The notes beneath the pieces were generated by a model that was not told where the DNA came from, ran no database searches, and was given only the letters and a program-made list of their open reading frames with translations. From positions 1,216,001 to 1,280,000 of the forward strand of contig OY969811.1 of assembly GCA_963703315.1 (NCBI GenBank): 64,000 nt of DNA. The letters run 5' to 3'. Below, piece by piece: positions 18,168 to 28,818 of this stretch. Made by a program: the position numbers and the translations under genes. Source of the stretch: an uncultured cyanobacterium (GTDB taxonomy: Bacteria; Cyanobacteriota; Cyanobacteriia; Pseudanabaenales; Pseudanabaenaceae). Every line of letters starts with the position of its first letter. Position 1 is the first letter of the stretch.

Positions 18168-20525
18168 TTAACGAAAGTTCCATATTTCATAGCGTCCATT
18201 GCGGAGAGTCAGAATTTGACCTTCAGGATTGCTTGGCAATACATCTATCCATACCCTGCTACCATTCATATCACTGAATATCAGTGAACCATCATTTGCA
18301 AAAGCGATCGCTAAAGGATAATGCCGATCGCCTAAATCAACCTGTTCTCGCTCTATTAGTAATAAATATTCTGACTTACCAACTCCATCAAGATTCACTT
18401 CTGAGAGTGTCCATTGATCTTGTACTAATAAACTAAAATCTTCAAGACTGAGCGAAACTTGACCATTGCGCTGCAACTCACTATACATCGAGCGAATGAT
18501 TCTTTCTATGGTTTTAGGAGAGAGCGATCGCCAATCGATGGGAGTTCCATTGGGAGGATTGAAAGTACCGCTACTTGTGACAAGTGGAGGGATGATACTT
18601 TTGCGAAGTAAGGGCGCAAGGCTAGCCTCACCTGATGCAAGAATCTTTAAACTACCATCGTCACTAACCCACAGAGATTGTGCTGTTAGGGTTACTGCCT
18701 GTGACTTGCCATAGTTATCATACAAAATTACGCCGAGGTTGCTATTCACCGAAAATCCTAAAACTCGCCATAAGAGAATTGAAGAGCGATCGCTAAGTTC
18801 TCGGAAAGGATCACTGCGCCACTGATTACCGTCTTTAATCAAATCAATACTGACTTCATACCATGCTTGATTTGCTTCCAGTTTTGGTGGTGGTAAAAAC
18901 CATTCAGCACTGGGATTACCTTTACCAATATAGGCAACTGTTCCTAATAATTGTTGAGGATTAAGGGAGAGTGGCGCAAGGTCAAGGCGTTGTAGCAATT
19001 GATCAGAATCCTTAGGATCGACTTTTTGCGATCGCAGCCAATGCTCAGCACGGCGCAAGCCATTGCGATGTAAAACTACTAAGCCGCCCCACAGCTTGAT
19101 TTCCTTCGCATCTGTAAAGGTCAGCATGGTCGTAACTCGCTGCCAAATATTGGGATGATATTTTGACAACATTTCGGCAATTCTGTCACCTTTATAGGCA
19201 GGATCGTTAGCGATCGCTAGAGCTTCTGTCCAGCGTCCGTCAATAATATTAATTAAGGCTTTTTCCCCAAGATTAGAATTGGGAGAATTTGCTCGATCAG
19301 CAGTGATTTTGGCGTGTAAAGCAATCAAGTCATATTGTTCTTGGAGAAATGGCGATAGAGTTTTGCCTTGAGATTTCAGATTCTCAACCATCAAATTAAA
19401 TTTGCCTAAAGCAGGAGACCACAATCCCACACTTGCCATGACCAGAGCATCTTGATAGGATTTTGGCTGATTTTTTGCTTCATTCAAATTCACCTGTCGC
19501 AACTGTGCCTTGTTACCAGAGTTAGTCATCACTTCTTCCAGTTGATAGACTAAATACATCGGCTCAAAGGACTGCGTTTGATTAATCACCAATTGTTTAG
19601 AACTAGAATTACTAGCGAGGGCGTTGCGCCAGATCGGAAGCTCGGCTGTCGTACTAGTCCAAGCATTGAGTTCTACTAGTTGCGATCGCTTGTCGGTGAC
19701 AAAATAATAAATTTGTCCATAGGCAATACCATCCACAGTTCCTGAAGTGGTGAACCAAATATAGTTGGGGTTGGGGGCATCGTCTAATAGGGCAAACTTT
19801 TTGAGTGGTAGGCGATTGCGGTCTGGACGGATCCGTTCGGGAATGCCTTCAGGAGCATATTTAAACTTTGGCGATCGCACAAAATATTCATCAATCCCTG
19901 CGATCGTGGTTGTCGTCATTAGTAGCAACTTTTCTTCGCCACGATCGCGAATTGTTTGATAAAGCCGAATTTCGCGAATATTTTGAGTTTCCTTTTCCAG
20001 AACCGTATAGATGATTTCCCCTGTTTTGAGATTATAGTTTTGACCAAGTTTTAGTTGACTTCGAGCCAGTTCTGATTGAATTTGAGGAATGCTTTTCGGG
20101 AGATTCCATAATGAATTTGAATAGAAAGTAGGAGATTCTGAGGAGGCGAGCCAGCTAATTGACAAGGGATTATGTAAATAGATTAGCCCTAGAGTAATCA
20201 AGCTACCAACTAAGGGAATAGACAGAACTATACCGAGATCTGCCCAAGTAAAGTGATCGTTAGGATTTAGATGTGGTTGTAATTTTGGCGAGACTGGATT
20301 GACCTGCGCTTTGGTAACTTGCTCAGAATTTTGATTGGCAAGCGACAATTTGCGATCCGACAATTTGCGATCTAAGTTCATAAGATCGCTTTTGACTAGA
20401 TCACCTTTAACAAGATCGCCTTTGATCAAATCATCGTTCAAAGGCTGATCAAAAGGTTTTGAAGATTCAGGCAAAGATTCCATGCGCGGTATCGCCAATC
20501 TCGTACAGTTGCCATAGGCTAGCAT
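18168..20525 (-). CDS. Hypothetical single-pass membrane protein
   Basis: Long ORF with one hydrophobic segment near aa 95-115. True start uncertain, possibly MESLPE. Confidence 0.7.
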   Translation of the reverse strand: MLAYGNCTRLAIPRMESLPESSKPFDQPLNDDLIKGDLVKGDLVKSDLMNLDRKLSDRKLSLANQNSEQVTKAQVNPVSPKLQPHLNPNDHFTWADLGIVLSIPLVGSLITLGLIYLHNPLSISWLASSESPTFYSNSLWNLPKSIPQIQSELARSQLKLGQNYNLKTGEIIYTVLEKETQNIREIRLYQTIRDRGEEKLLLMTTTTIAGIDEYFVRSPKFKYAPEGIPERIRPDRNRLPLKKFALLDDAPNPNYIWFTTSGTVDGIAYGQIYYFVTDKRSQLVELNAWTSTTAELPIWRNALASNSSSKQLVINQTQSFEPMYLVYQLEEVMTNSGNKAQLRQVNLNEAKNQPKSYQDALVMASVGLWSPALGKFNLMVENLKSQGKTLSPFLQEQYDLIALHAKITADRANSPNSNLGEKALINIIDGRWTEALAIANDPAYKGDRIAEMLSKYHPNIWQRVTTMLTFTDAKEIKLWGGLVVLHRNGLRRAEHWLRSQKVDPKDSDQLLQRLDLAPLSLNPQQLLGTVAYIGKGNPSAEWFLPPPKLEANQAWYEVSIDLIKDGNQWRSDPFRELSDRSSILLWRVLGFSVNSNLGVILYDNYGKSQAVTLTAQSLWVSDDGSLKILASGEASLAPLLRKSIIPPLVTSSGTFNPPNGTPIDWRSLSPKTIERIIRSMYSELQRNGQVSLSLEDFSLLVQDQWTLSEVNLDGVGKSEYLLLIEREQVDLGDRHYPLAIAFANDGSLIFSDMNGSRVWIDVLPSNPEGQILTLRNGRYEIWNFR

Positions 20526-20535
20526 ACTCAGCTTT

Positions 20536-21861
20536 TTACAGCAAAGCTACCGCCCTTTCTGCTAGTTTAGAACGCTCTCCTTTCATCAGGGTAATATGCC
20601 CTGCGATCGGATCATCCTTAAAGCGCTCGATCACATAGGTCAGACCATTGCTAGCTGCGTCAATATAGGGATTGTCAATCTGATTAACATCACCAGTGAG
20701 GATAATTTTGGTGTCTTCTCCTGCACGAGTAAGAATTGTTTTCACCTCATGGGGAGTCAAGTTTTGTGCCTCATCAACAATAAAAAACTGCTTGGGAATC
20801 GTGCGTCCACGAATATAGGTCAATGGCTCGATTTGCAATAGCCCCCGTTGAATCAATTCCTCATGTCCTCTGCGCCAATGAGCCGCTTTACCCGATGGAT
20901 CTTGTGTGCCGAAAATCAAATCAAAATTGTCATACAAAGGTTGCATCCAAGGGGTGAGCTTTTCCTTGACATCCCCCGGCAAAAAGCCAATATCCTTACC
21001 CATCGGAATCACGGGACGGGAAATTAATAAACGGTTGTAAATATGCGTATCGGCAATTTGAGTCAATCCTGCGGCGATCGCTAAGAGCGTCTTGCCCGTA
21101 CCTGCTTGCCCCACTAAGGTGACAAGGGAAATTGATTCCCTTAGCAACAAATCCAAAGCAAATCTCTGTTCGCGATTTCTGGCTTTAATTCTGGATACTT
21201 CTCCTGAAGTTGCCTTCGATAAAGCCAAAATTTGTTTAGCAACGCTGTCAAAAATCCCCAAAGCCGTATGGGAGGGATTGGTGCTGTCCACTAGAGTTAC
21301 CGCTTGATTCGGGAAAAATTCCTGCTTAACAGCGATTGCCCCTTCTTTGTAAAACTGATTGATCACTTCAGGATCTACCAAAATTTCACGATGCCCTGAG
21401 TACAAATCATCAATATCTACCTTATCGGTTTCATAGTCGGCGGACTCTAAGCCCAGAGCATTTGCCTTAATCCGAATATTTGTATCTTTACTGACTAGCA
21501 CGACCCGACATTGACATTGACGCTGCAATTCGAGAGCAACCGCCAAAATCGCATTATCCCCCGTATCTCGCTCTAGTTCCGCAGGTAATTCCCGCAAAGT
21601 CTCCCGCTTACAAAGCGCCACTCGCAAACTACCGCCCTTTGCAAGGGGAATGCCATCAATCAGATGTCCCTGTTGTCCGATCGCATCTAAATTGCGGGAT
21701 ACTTGCCTTGCATTGCGCCCCGTCATTTCTGGCTGCTTTTTAAAGCGATCGAGTTCTTCAATTACGGTGATCGGCAAAACCACATCATTGTCCTCAAATT
21801 GCATCAAGGCATTGGGGTCATGCAACAGCACATTCGTATCAAGCACAAATATTTTTTTCAT
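20536..21861 (-). CDS. PIN-PhoH (PhoH2-type) protein
   Basis: PIN: FVLDTNVLLHD, EELD, DNAIL, SKDTN. PhoH: GQAGTGKT, GFLPG, RGRT, DEAQN, GDVNQID. Confidence 0.92.
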   Translation of the reverse strand: MKKIFVLDTNVLLHDPNALMQFEDNDVVLPITVIEELDRFKKQPEMTGRNARQVSRNLDAIGQQGHLIDGIPLAKGGSLRVALCKRETLRELPAELERDTGDNAILAVALELQRQCQCRVVLVSKDTNIRIKANALGLESADYETDKVDIDDLYSGHREILVDPEVINQFYKEGAIAVKQEFFPNQAVTLVDSTNPSHTALGIFDSVAKQILALSKATSGEVSRIKARNREQRFALDLLLRESISLVTLVGQAGTGKTLLAIAAGLTQIADTHIYNRLLISRPVIPMGKDIGFLPGDVKEKLTPWMQPLYDNFDLIFGTQDPSGKAAHWRRGHEELIQRGLLQIEPLTYIRGRTIPKQFFIVDEAQNLTPHEVKTILTRAGEDTKIILTGDVNQIDNPYIDAASNGLTYVIERFKDDPIAGHITLMKGERSKLAERAVALL

Positions 21862-21890
21862 AAAAATAGTACTCTCTGGCTCGCGCAGAT

Positions 21891-22006
21891 TAATTAAATG
21901 TAGGATGCGTTAGTGCAACGTAACGCATTTATTGGCAGTATTGGCTATTACTGATGGGTTACGCGATCGCTAACCCATCCTACGTTTAATTCCAACAACT
22001 CACTTA
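21891..22006. repeat. REPIN-like element (GTAG...CTAC doublet containing HIP1)
   Basis: GTAGGATGCGTTAGTGCAACGTAACGCAT...GATGGGTTACGCGATCGCTAACCCATCCTAC; arms nearly identical to 51175-51281. Confidence 0.8.
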
Positions 22007-22062
22007 TGGAGTGGCTCTATTGTCGATCTTGCGATCGCTATGTCAGTAAATCAGCAACAAAG

Positions 22063-22078
22063 TGTAACAAGTGATACA
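22063..22078. promoter_or_regulatory. Candidate NtcA binding site
   Basis: TGTA-ACAAGTGA-TACA matches GTA-N8-TAC; lies between divergent phoH-like gene and leuA. Confidence 0.5.
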
Positions 22079-22309
22079 AGGCTTTATATATCACTTTTTC
22101 CTAAAAAATGAGTATAAAATCGATATTTTGCCTGAAAGGAGGATATCCAAGATTAGCTAAACATTGAATAATCTAGGTTTCTTAGACTTACTAATTTCTG
22201 ATAAAAAGGCTAAGATTATGATCACCAGCAAATAGTGAGTATTACATCGCTATATTCGCTTAAAACAACTGTTAAGTTTATCTATCAACCATTCATGAAT
22301 TAAAGCCAT

Positions 22310-23956
22310 ATGTCTACATCAACACCCCAAGAGTCAAATGTTGCTCAGGATCGCATTATCTTTTTTGATACCACACTGCGCGATGGTGAACAGTCACCCG
22401 GCGCAACCCTTAACGTGGAGCAAAAACTGCTAATCGCCCAGCAACTGGCTCGACTTGGTGTAGATATCATCGAGGCGGGTTTCCCTTTTGCGAGCAAAGG
22501 CGATTTTTATGCAGTTCAAGAAATTGCGAAACTCGTTGGCACAGAAACTGGTCCCACGATCTGCGGCTTAGCCCGTGCCACTAAAGGCGATATTGATGCA
22601 GCAGCCGAAGCCGTGAAACCTGCGGCAAAGGGTCGGATTCATACCTTTTTGGCAACTTCCGATATTCATTTGGAATACAAACTTCGCAAAACTCGTGCTG
22701 AGGTTTTGGCGATCGTGCCAGAAATGGTTGCCTATGCTAAATCCAAAGTTGCTGATGTTGAGTTTTCACCAGAAGATGCAGGACGCTCCGATCCTGAGTT
22801 TCTCTATCAAGTATTAGAAGCAGCGATCGCCGCAGGTGCTAGTACTGTAAATATTCCCGACACCGTTGGCTACTTGACTCCATCGGAATTCGGAACCTTG
22901 ATTAAAGGCATCAAAGACAATGTTCGCAATATTGACCAAGCGATTATTTCCGTACATGGTCATAACGATCTTGGTTTAGCCGTTGCTAACTTCCTTGAAG
23001 CGGCAAAGAATGGCGCAAGGCAAATGGAATGCACGATCAATGGTATCGGTGAACGGGCTGGGAATGCCGCCCTCGAAGAATTGGTGATGGCATTGCACGT
23101 CCGTCGTTCCTATTTCAACACCTTCCTCGGTCGTCCTGCGGAATCGACTACACCGCTTTGCAATATCGACACCAAGCAGATTTACAAGACTTCGCGCCTT
23201 GTGTCCAATCTCACAGGAATGTTGGTACAGCCCAATAAGGCGATCGTTGGTGCGAATGCCTTTGCCCATGAGTCAGGTATCCATCAGGACGGTGTATTAA
23301 AAAATCGCCTCACCTACGAAATCATGGATGCTCAATCCATCGGCTTGACAGATAACTTGATCGTGCTTGGCAAGCTCTCAGGACGTAATGCCTTGAGTTC
23401 GCGATTAAAAGAACTTGGATTTGAACTCTCGGAACAGGAACTTAATGCTGCCTTTGTGCGTTTTAAGGAACTTGCCGATAAGAAGCGCGAAATTAGCGAT
23501 CGCGACTTAGAAGCGATCGTCAATGACGAAATCCGTCATGCGCCCGAAGCCTTTAAGCTCGATCATGTCCAAGTAAGCTGTGGCGATCGCGCCATTCCCA
23601 CCGCAACGGTTACAGTTGTGATGCCCGATGGTCAGGAAATCACCGATGCCTCTGTGGGTACTGGTCCCGTAGATGCCGTTTACAAAGCGATCAATCGAAT
23701 TGTGAATGTTCCCAATCAGTTGATTGAGTACTCGGTGCAATCCGTCACCGCAGGTATTGATGCTCTCGGTGAAGTCACGATTCGCCTCAAGCACCCTGAT
23801 GCAGGTACGCTCTCTGGGCATTCGGCAAATACCGATGTAATTGTTGCCTCGGCAAGAGCCTATCTCAGTGCCTTGAATAAGCTCTACTTCGCACTTCAGA
23901 CACCTAGTACAAAGATCAGCGATCGCGACAAGCTCCAGAAAGAAGCCGCATTGTAA
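22310..23956 (+). CDS. leuA: 2-isopropylmalate synthase
   Basis: [34 protein letters not shown] and [10 protein letters not shown] motifs; regulatory domain GTGPVDA. Confidence 0.97.
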   Translation: MSTSTPQESNVAQDRIIFFDTTLRDGEQSPGATLNVEQKLLIAQQLARLGVDIIEAGFPFASKGDFYAVQEIAKLVGTETGPTICGLARATKGDIDAAAEAVKPAAKGRIHTFLATSDIHLEYKLRKTRAEVLAIVPEMVAYAKSKVADVEFSPEDAGRSDPEFLYQVLEAAIAAGASTVNIPDTVGYLTPSEFGTLIKGIKDNVRNIDQAIISVHGHNDLGLAVANFLEAAKNGARQMECTINGIGERAGNAALEELVMALHVRRSYFNTFLGRPAESTTPLCNIDTKQIYKTSRLVSNLTGMLVQPNKAIVGANAFAHESGIHQDGVLKNRLTYEIMDAQSIGLTDNLIVLGKLSGRNALSSRLKELGFELSEQELNAAFVRFKELADKKREISDRDLEAIVNDEIRHAPEAFKLDHVQVSCGDRAIPTATVTVVMPDGQEITDASVGTGPVDAVYKAINRIVNVPNQLIEYSVQSVTAGIDALGEVTIRLKHPDAGTLSGHSANTDVIVASARAYLSALNKLYFALQTPSTKISDRDKLQKEAAL

Positions 23957-23966
23957 ATTCTTTCCA

Positions 23967-23998
23967 TAAAAAAGCCGCGCAATGCGCGGCTTTTTTAT
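23967..23998. terminator. Hairpin terminator after leuA
   Basis: ATAAAAAAGCCGCGC-AAT-GCGCGGCTTTTTTAT. Confidence 0.75.
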
Positions 23999-24022
23999 TT
24001 CCGTATTTGTAGCAAATAAATT

Positions 24023-24532
24023 ATGAATCTAAACAAATCACCATTTTGGCTAGAAGAAGAACTAGTAAAACACTCACAGTTATTACTTTACAGCTTTCAG
24101 CATTGGACAAAACATCCGCTACTCCCAATCACCGATCGCCAATCACCAATAGAAGTTGCTAACTCACTATTCCATGCCGATTTTGTGATTGTTTCTCATG
24201 GCACTCAAGCTGATCCAATTCTCAATTATGGTAATCAAAAAGCGTTAGATCTATGGAAAATGGATTGGCAAACTTTTACATCAACACCATCGCGATTTAC
24301 GGCGGAACCTGTCGAACGTAGCGAAAGAGAACAACTATTAGCACAGGCAAAATCTCAAGGCTATATCAATAATTATCGCGGGATTCGGATTGCAAGTACA
24401 GGCGATCGCTTTTATATCAATCACGCAATTATTTGGAATGTAGTGGATAAGGAAGGCAAACTCTGGGGGCAAGCTGCAACATTTCGTGAGTGGGAACCAA
24501 TATCAGAATTGATAACCAAAGCACCGCTTTAA
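24023..24532 (+). CDS. MEKHLA domain protein
   Basis: VSHGTQADPILNYGN..AL.LW...PSRFTAE...YRGIRI motifs. Confidence 0.85.
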   Translation: MNLNKSPFWLEEELVKHSQLLLYSFQHWTKHPLLPITDRQSPIEVANSLFHADFVIVSHGTQADPILNYGNQKALDLWKMDWQTFTSTPSRFTAEPVERSEREQLLAQAKSQGYINNYRGIRIASTGDRFYINHAIIWNVVDKEGKLWGQAATFREWEPISELITKAPL

Positions 24533-24619
24533 GGTTTGAGATTGTATTAAAATTATTAAAGATTAGATAAGATTTACTACAAAATCTTTGCGCCCTAACT
24601 TTTAAATAGAGAAATTACC

Positions 24620-25108
24620 ATGCTAATGACGATCGCAATGCCAGAACCATTAAAAACTGTAGTGACTTTTATTCACCCACTGCTAATGCTCCTCACTCTA
24701 TTTTTAGCAATATATGCAGGTTATATCGGCTGGCAATATCGCAGGATTCGTAGCACTGAGGGAGAAGAGAAAAAAGCTCTGATCGCCAAACGTTATAACC
24801 TTTTACATCATAATCTGGGGTCAATATTTTTGTTGTTGATGGTAGGCGGTGCTGTCGGTGGTATGGCTGTGACCTATATCAACAATGGCAAACTGTTTGT
24901 GGGCGCACATTTAATTGCAGGTTTGGGTTTAGCCTTTTTAGCAGCTTTATCGGCGGCGTTAGCACCCTTACTCCAGCAGGGCAAAGACTGGGCAAGAAGT
25001 ACTCATATTGCCGTTAATACTGTGTTGGTTGGTATTTTTGCATGGCAAACTTGGACAGGTTGGGAGATTGTCCAACGAATTCTTGACCAAATGTCAAAAG
25101 CTTCTTAA
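24620..25108 (+). CDS. DUF4079 membrane protein
   Basis: HP.LM, HHNLG, NNGKLFVGAH and H...N...WQTWTG; four hydrophobic helices. Confidence 0.8.
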   Translation: MLMTIAMPEPLKTVVTFIHPLLMLLTLFLAIYAGYIGWQYRRIRSTEGEEKKALIAKRYNLLHHNLGSIFLLLMVGGAVGGMAVTYINNGKLFVGAHLIAGLGLAFLAALSAALAPLLQQGKDWARSTHIAVNTVLVGIFAWQTWTGWEIVQRILDQMSKAS

Positions 25109-25132
25109 ATGTCGCCATTTATCTTAAAGCCC

Positions 25133-25250
25133 AAAAGAGAGTGGCGGCGCTTTGCGCCGCCACTCTCTTTTTATCAAACCAAAAAGAGAGCTTTGCTCCC
25201 TTTTTGGTTTGATAAAAAGAAGTCCCGCGCTTTGCGCGGGACTTCTTTTT
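25133..25250. repeat. Three tandem hairpins between convergent genes
   Basis: AAAAGAGAGTGGCGGCGC-TTT-GCGCCGCCACTCTCTTTT; ATCAAACCAAAAAG...CTTTTTGGTTTGAT; AAAAAGAAGTCCCGCGC-TTT-GCGCGGGACTTCTTTTT. Confidence 0.8.
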
Positions 25251-25741
25251 TAACGATAGTTAGTGAATTGGAGTGCGAGGGGAAAGTCTTCTGATTTGAC
25301 AAGTTGAATGATTTCTTGGAGTTCATCTTTTGATTTAGAAGTAACTCGTAATGCATCGCCTTGAATAGAAGCTTGAGCTTTTGGGAAAGCATCACGGATA
25401 GTTTTAGAAAGTTTTTTAGCTTGATCTTGCTCAATCCCTTTCTTCAACTTAATTTTCTGCACTACACGATTGCCGCTAGCGGATTCAATTTCGCCATAGT
25501 CAAAGATTTTTAGAGATAAACCACGTTTAATTGCTTTAGATTGCATCACATCAACCACCGATGTGAGTGTCATGTCACTATTAGTGTTGATGGTTATGAG
25601 TTCTTTTTCAAGTTCAACTTCTGTTTTAGTGCTTTTTAAGTCATAGCGACTGACAATTTCACGGCGAGTTTGATCGATCGCATTGACCAGTTCTTGATGA
25701 TCAAAATCGCTAACAATATCGAAGGAATAGCTGGAAGCCAT
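25250..25741 (-). CDS. yajQ: YajQ family nucleotide/c-di-GMP-binding protein
   Basis: [26 protein letters not shown] and LQFTNYR motifs. Confidence 0.93.
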   Translation of the reverse strand: MASSYSFDIVSDFDHQELVNAIDQTRREIVSRYDLKSTKTEVELEKELITINTNSDMTLTSVVDVMQSKAIKRGLSLKIFDYGEIESASGNRVVQKIKLKKGIEQDQAKKLSKTIRDAFPKAQASIQGDALRVTSKSKDELQEIIQLVKSEDFPLALQFTNYR

Positions 25742-25872
25742 AGGTTTATTTTAGATTTTTATGTGATTTGCTTAGATAAGGCTTAGGTGCTTAGCGCCCT
25801 AGCCTTTCTGATGAGGTTAGGCAAGAATAGAGATCTAGAATACCAAAAAATCAATAGGCGAAAATCTATACT

Positions 25873-27000
25873 TTATTCCCATAGACGTTTACCTTCTTCT
25901 CCCTGTAGGCGATCATGAGCGTCACGTAAAAGCTGGGGAATATCTAGGTTCTCTGGACATCTTGGCAAACAATCCCCACAGTCTGTACAACGAATCGCTT
26001 TACGTCCGGGAAACCAATGCCCTGCATTTTCAAACATTTTGTAGCGATATTTGCCAAATTCCACCATATCAAAGCCGATCGCTAAATTCCGCAATCGTAA
26101 TACTTCAGGAATATTAATATCTTCAGGACAAGGCAAACATTCATAGCACTGAGAACAGCGATCGCCTTCTAAAATGCTATAGCGGCGATTCATACAGTCG
26201 AGAACCGCTAATTCTAGTTCTGACATCGGCTCGTCATGATCCCATGCGTCTTGATGGGAATCGACCTCATCGGGATTGGCTGCACCGAGGCTGAGGGTAT
26301 GCACACGGGGATCACTGAGCAAGAAGCGATCGCATATATACAAAGCCGTGAAGGGATAGCTCACACCTGCTAATTCTTCGGAGGGGTTGTATAGCATTCC
26401 GCCTTTATCCGATGGCGAGATGATAAATACACCCATGTCTTTTTCGTGGGCAAGCTGCACGGCTGGGGCGTTGCGCTGATTGAAGTAGTAGTAATGCAGG
26501 TTAACTGACTCAAATAAATCCGTCTTGATCGTGTCGAGAATAACGTTAAGGGGCGCGTGGGTGGAGAAGCCAACATGACCAATCATTTTTTGATCGATCG
26601 CTTCTCTCACTGCTTTCATACAGCCATTGGGATTTGTGACTAGTTCAAGATGTTCATAAAGATTAATCCCATGAATATCGAAGTTATCGATATAGTCCAC
26701 GTTCATCTTTTTGAGGGACTGCTCAATCTGGCGGCGCATCGAGTCTGCGTCTTTAGTAGGGGCGATTTTAGTAGTCAAGTAAAAGCGATCGCGTTGTTTA
26801 CTTAACCCATTTCGCATGGCTTGACCGATGAATTCTTCGCTCTTGCCGTAGCCTTGAGCCGTCTCAATGTGGTTAATGCCAACTTCTAAGGCTCTGGCGA
26901 TCGTTTTTTCAGCATTCTCCGCCGATGCCATATAGCGCATCGCTCCCAAGGAAAACACTGACAGGAGCATTTCAGTTTTGCCAAAACGACGGTAGCGCAT
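25873..27000 (-). CDS. Aldo/keto reductase with C-terminal 4Fe-4S domain
   Basis: YRRFGKT, HIETAQGYG, GFSTH; CxxCxxCxPCP and CTDCGDCLPRCP. Confidence 0.9.
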   Translation of the reverse strand: MRYRRFGKTEMLLSVFSLGAMRYMASAENAEKTIARALEVGINHIETAQGYGKSEEFIGQAMRNGLSKQRDRFYLTTKIAPTKDADSMRRQIEQSLKKMNVDYIDNFDIHGINLYEHLELVTNPNGCMKAVREAIDQKMIGHVGFSTHAPLNVILDTIKTDLFESVNLHYYYFNQRNAPAVQLAHEKDMGVFIISPSDKGGMLYNPSEELAGVSYPFTALYICDRFLLSDPRVHTLSLGAANPDEVDSHQDAWDHDEPMSELELAVLDCMNRRYSILEGDRCSQCYECLPCPEDINIPEVLRLRNLAIGFDMVEFGKYRYKMFENAGHWFPGRKAIRCTDCGDCLPRCPENLDIPQLLRDAHDRLQGEEGKRLWE

Positions 27001-27069
27001 AGTTGATCCAGTAGAAATTCTCGTTAATTAATACAAGAAGAAATAATCGCTTCGCGATTATTTCTTCTA

Positions 27070-27867
27070 TTAGAACTGGCGACGGGCAAAGATAAAAATG
27101 GCGATCGCCAAAGTCAACAAGGCATAGCTCAAAATGTAAATGCCATTGTTAAACATATCGGGCAAGCTTGGCAAAATATTATAAACTGCCTCATTTTTAA
27201 GATTAGCTCGCGACAAATCAGGCAGAATCATGTAAAAAGTGCGGGTTACTGCTTGAAAGCTAGGATTTTTAGAAATCTCTCCTAATAGCAGTAAATCACG
27301 GCTAAAGTTACCGATTAAATAGGCGGCAAGGGTCAGCAAAGAGGCAATCAGTGAACCTGTAAAAGAGCCAAAGAAAATCGCGATCGCCCCTAGCAGCATG
27401 ATTTGCCAAAAGATAAAAAAGTTAGCGGTGAGAATTGCAGGAAGTGGAATCGGAATTTTCTTAACTGCCATCAAAATCACGAAAATTGCGGTCATAATCG
27501 ACACTAGTGCGCCGACCACTGCCGTTAGCCCCAAATGCTTTCCTAGTACAAACTCAGTCCGATGCATGGGCTTAGCAATGAGAATAAAAATGGTGCGTTT
27601 ATCAATTTCCTTATTGATCAGATTTGTGCCAACTAACACCGCCACGATCAGACTGACAATCTCGATCGCTGCAATACCTACATCCACGATCATCTTTGCC
27701 GAGGAGTCATAGGAAAACTCTGGCAACATCAGCATTGCCGACACGACGATCAGGGTATATAGCAAAGATAAATACAGCACCTGTTCGCGGACAGTTTCGC
27801 GAAATACATTGGTGGCGATCGCCCAAACGCGACCTAAACTTAGACTCAGATTTAAGCTCAAGTTCAT
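27070..27867 (-). CDS. ABC-2 type transporter permease
   Basis: FRETVR, KEIDKRT...KP..R.EFVLGK; several TM helices. Confidence 0.82.
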   Translation of the reverse strand: MNLSLNLSLSLGRVWAIATNVFRETVREQVLYLSLLYTLIVVSAMLMLPEFSYDSSAKMIVDVGIAAIEIVSLIVAVLVGTNLINKEIDKRTIFILIAKPMHRTEFVLGKHLGLTAVVGALVSIMTAIFVILMAVKKIPIPLPAILTANFFIFWQIMLLGAIAIFFGSFTGSLIASLLTLAAYLIGNFSRDLLLLGEISKNPSFQAVTRTFYMILPDLSRANLKNEAVYNILPSLPDMFNNGIYILSYALLTLAIAIFIFARRQF

Positions 27868-27950
27868 CGGTCTACAAAATCCTCATACATCCTAATATGA
27901 TTGCATTTTACCGCACAATTAGAGGGGTACGAAGATTGCCCTAAGACACT

Positions 27951-28760
27951 ATGCACAACTGGCAAACAATTCTTCCCTTTATCCAAGAGCTAACTAAACA
28001 AGTGGGAGATCGCCTACTTGCTGATTTTGAACAGGCACGAGTGGCGATCGCGAAGGATGACGGTAGCCTTGTGACCAAAAGCGACCAATGGGCAGATGCC
28101 TATATCAAATCCGCCTTAGAAACAGAATTTCCTGAATATGGAGTTTTAACTGAGGAGTCCACTCAAATTTTGCCCGATCGCGAATGGGCTTGGGTCGTCG
28201 ATCCTTTAGATGGTACGACTAATTTTGCTAGGGGGATTCCGATTTGGGGCATTTCTTTGGGACTCTTGCATCATGGCACGCCTGTATTTGGCTATGTAGC
28301 AATTCCACCTCTACGCCAAAATATTTACGGTTGGTCAGACAATCAAGGTTCCGCAGCATTTTTGAATGGAAATCCTCTCCATTTAGCGGAAACAGCACCC
28401 GATGCTCATGCCCTCGGCAATTACTTTTTTAGTGCTTGTTCTCGCAGTCTCGAAAAAATGGGTCGATCAAAGTTTCCTTTTAAACTGCGAATGTTAGGTG
28501 TTGCTAGTTATAACATTTTGACAGTGGCGATCGGCTCGACCATTGGCGCAGTGGAGGCAACTCCCAAAATCTGGGACATTGCGGCTGTGTGGGTAATTCT
28601 CAGAGCGATCGGTGCGGTCTGGGTTCCCCTAGAGGATTCTCAAAATATCTTTCCCTTAGAAATGGGTAAGGATTATAGTAGTCGCAGTTTCCCAACTTTG
28701 GTAGTGAGTCATCCTCAACTCTTACCGATGGCACAGGAATTGACAAATAATTTTTTATAG
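27951..28760 (+). CDS. Inositol monophosphatase family protein
   Basis: LVTKSD, EE, WVVDPLDGTTNF and WDIAA motifs. Confidence 0.9.
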   Translation: MHNWQTILPFIQELTKQVGDRLLADFEQARVAIAKDDGSLVTKSDQWADAYIKSALETEFPEYGVLTEESTQILPDREWAWVVDPLDGTTNFARGIPIWGISLGLLHHGTPVFGYVAIPPLRQNIYGWSDNQGSAAFLNGNPLHLAETAPDAHALGNYFFSACSRSLEKMGRSKFPFKLRMLGVASYNILTVAIGSTIGAVEATPKIWDIAAVWVILRAIGAVWVPLEDSQNIFPLEMGKDYSSRSFPTLVVSHPQLLPMAQELTNNFL

Positions 28761-28818
28761 CGATACCCAAGAAGCGAGTTGTGGCGCGAAGCGCTGCAAC
28801 TTGTTATTAATATAGTTT

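Noticed and set aside
25109..25294. 61-aa ORF and other short ORFs over repeats (16617-16802, 39202-39402, 63634-63852)
   Set aside because: They are translations of palindromic repeat DNA or overlap real genes.
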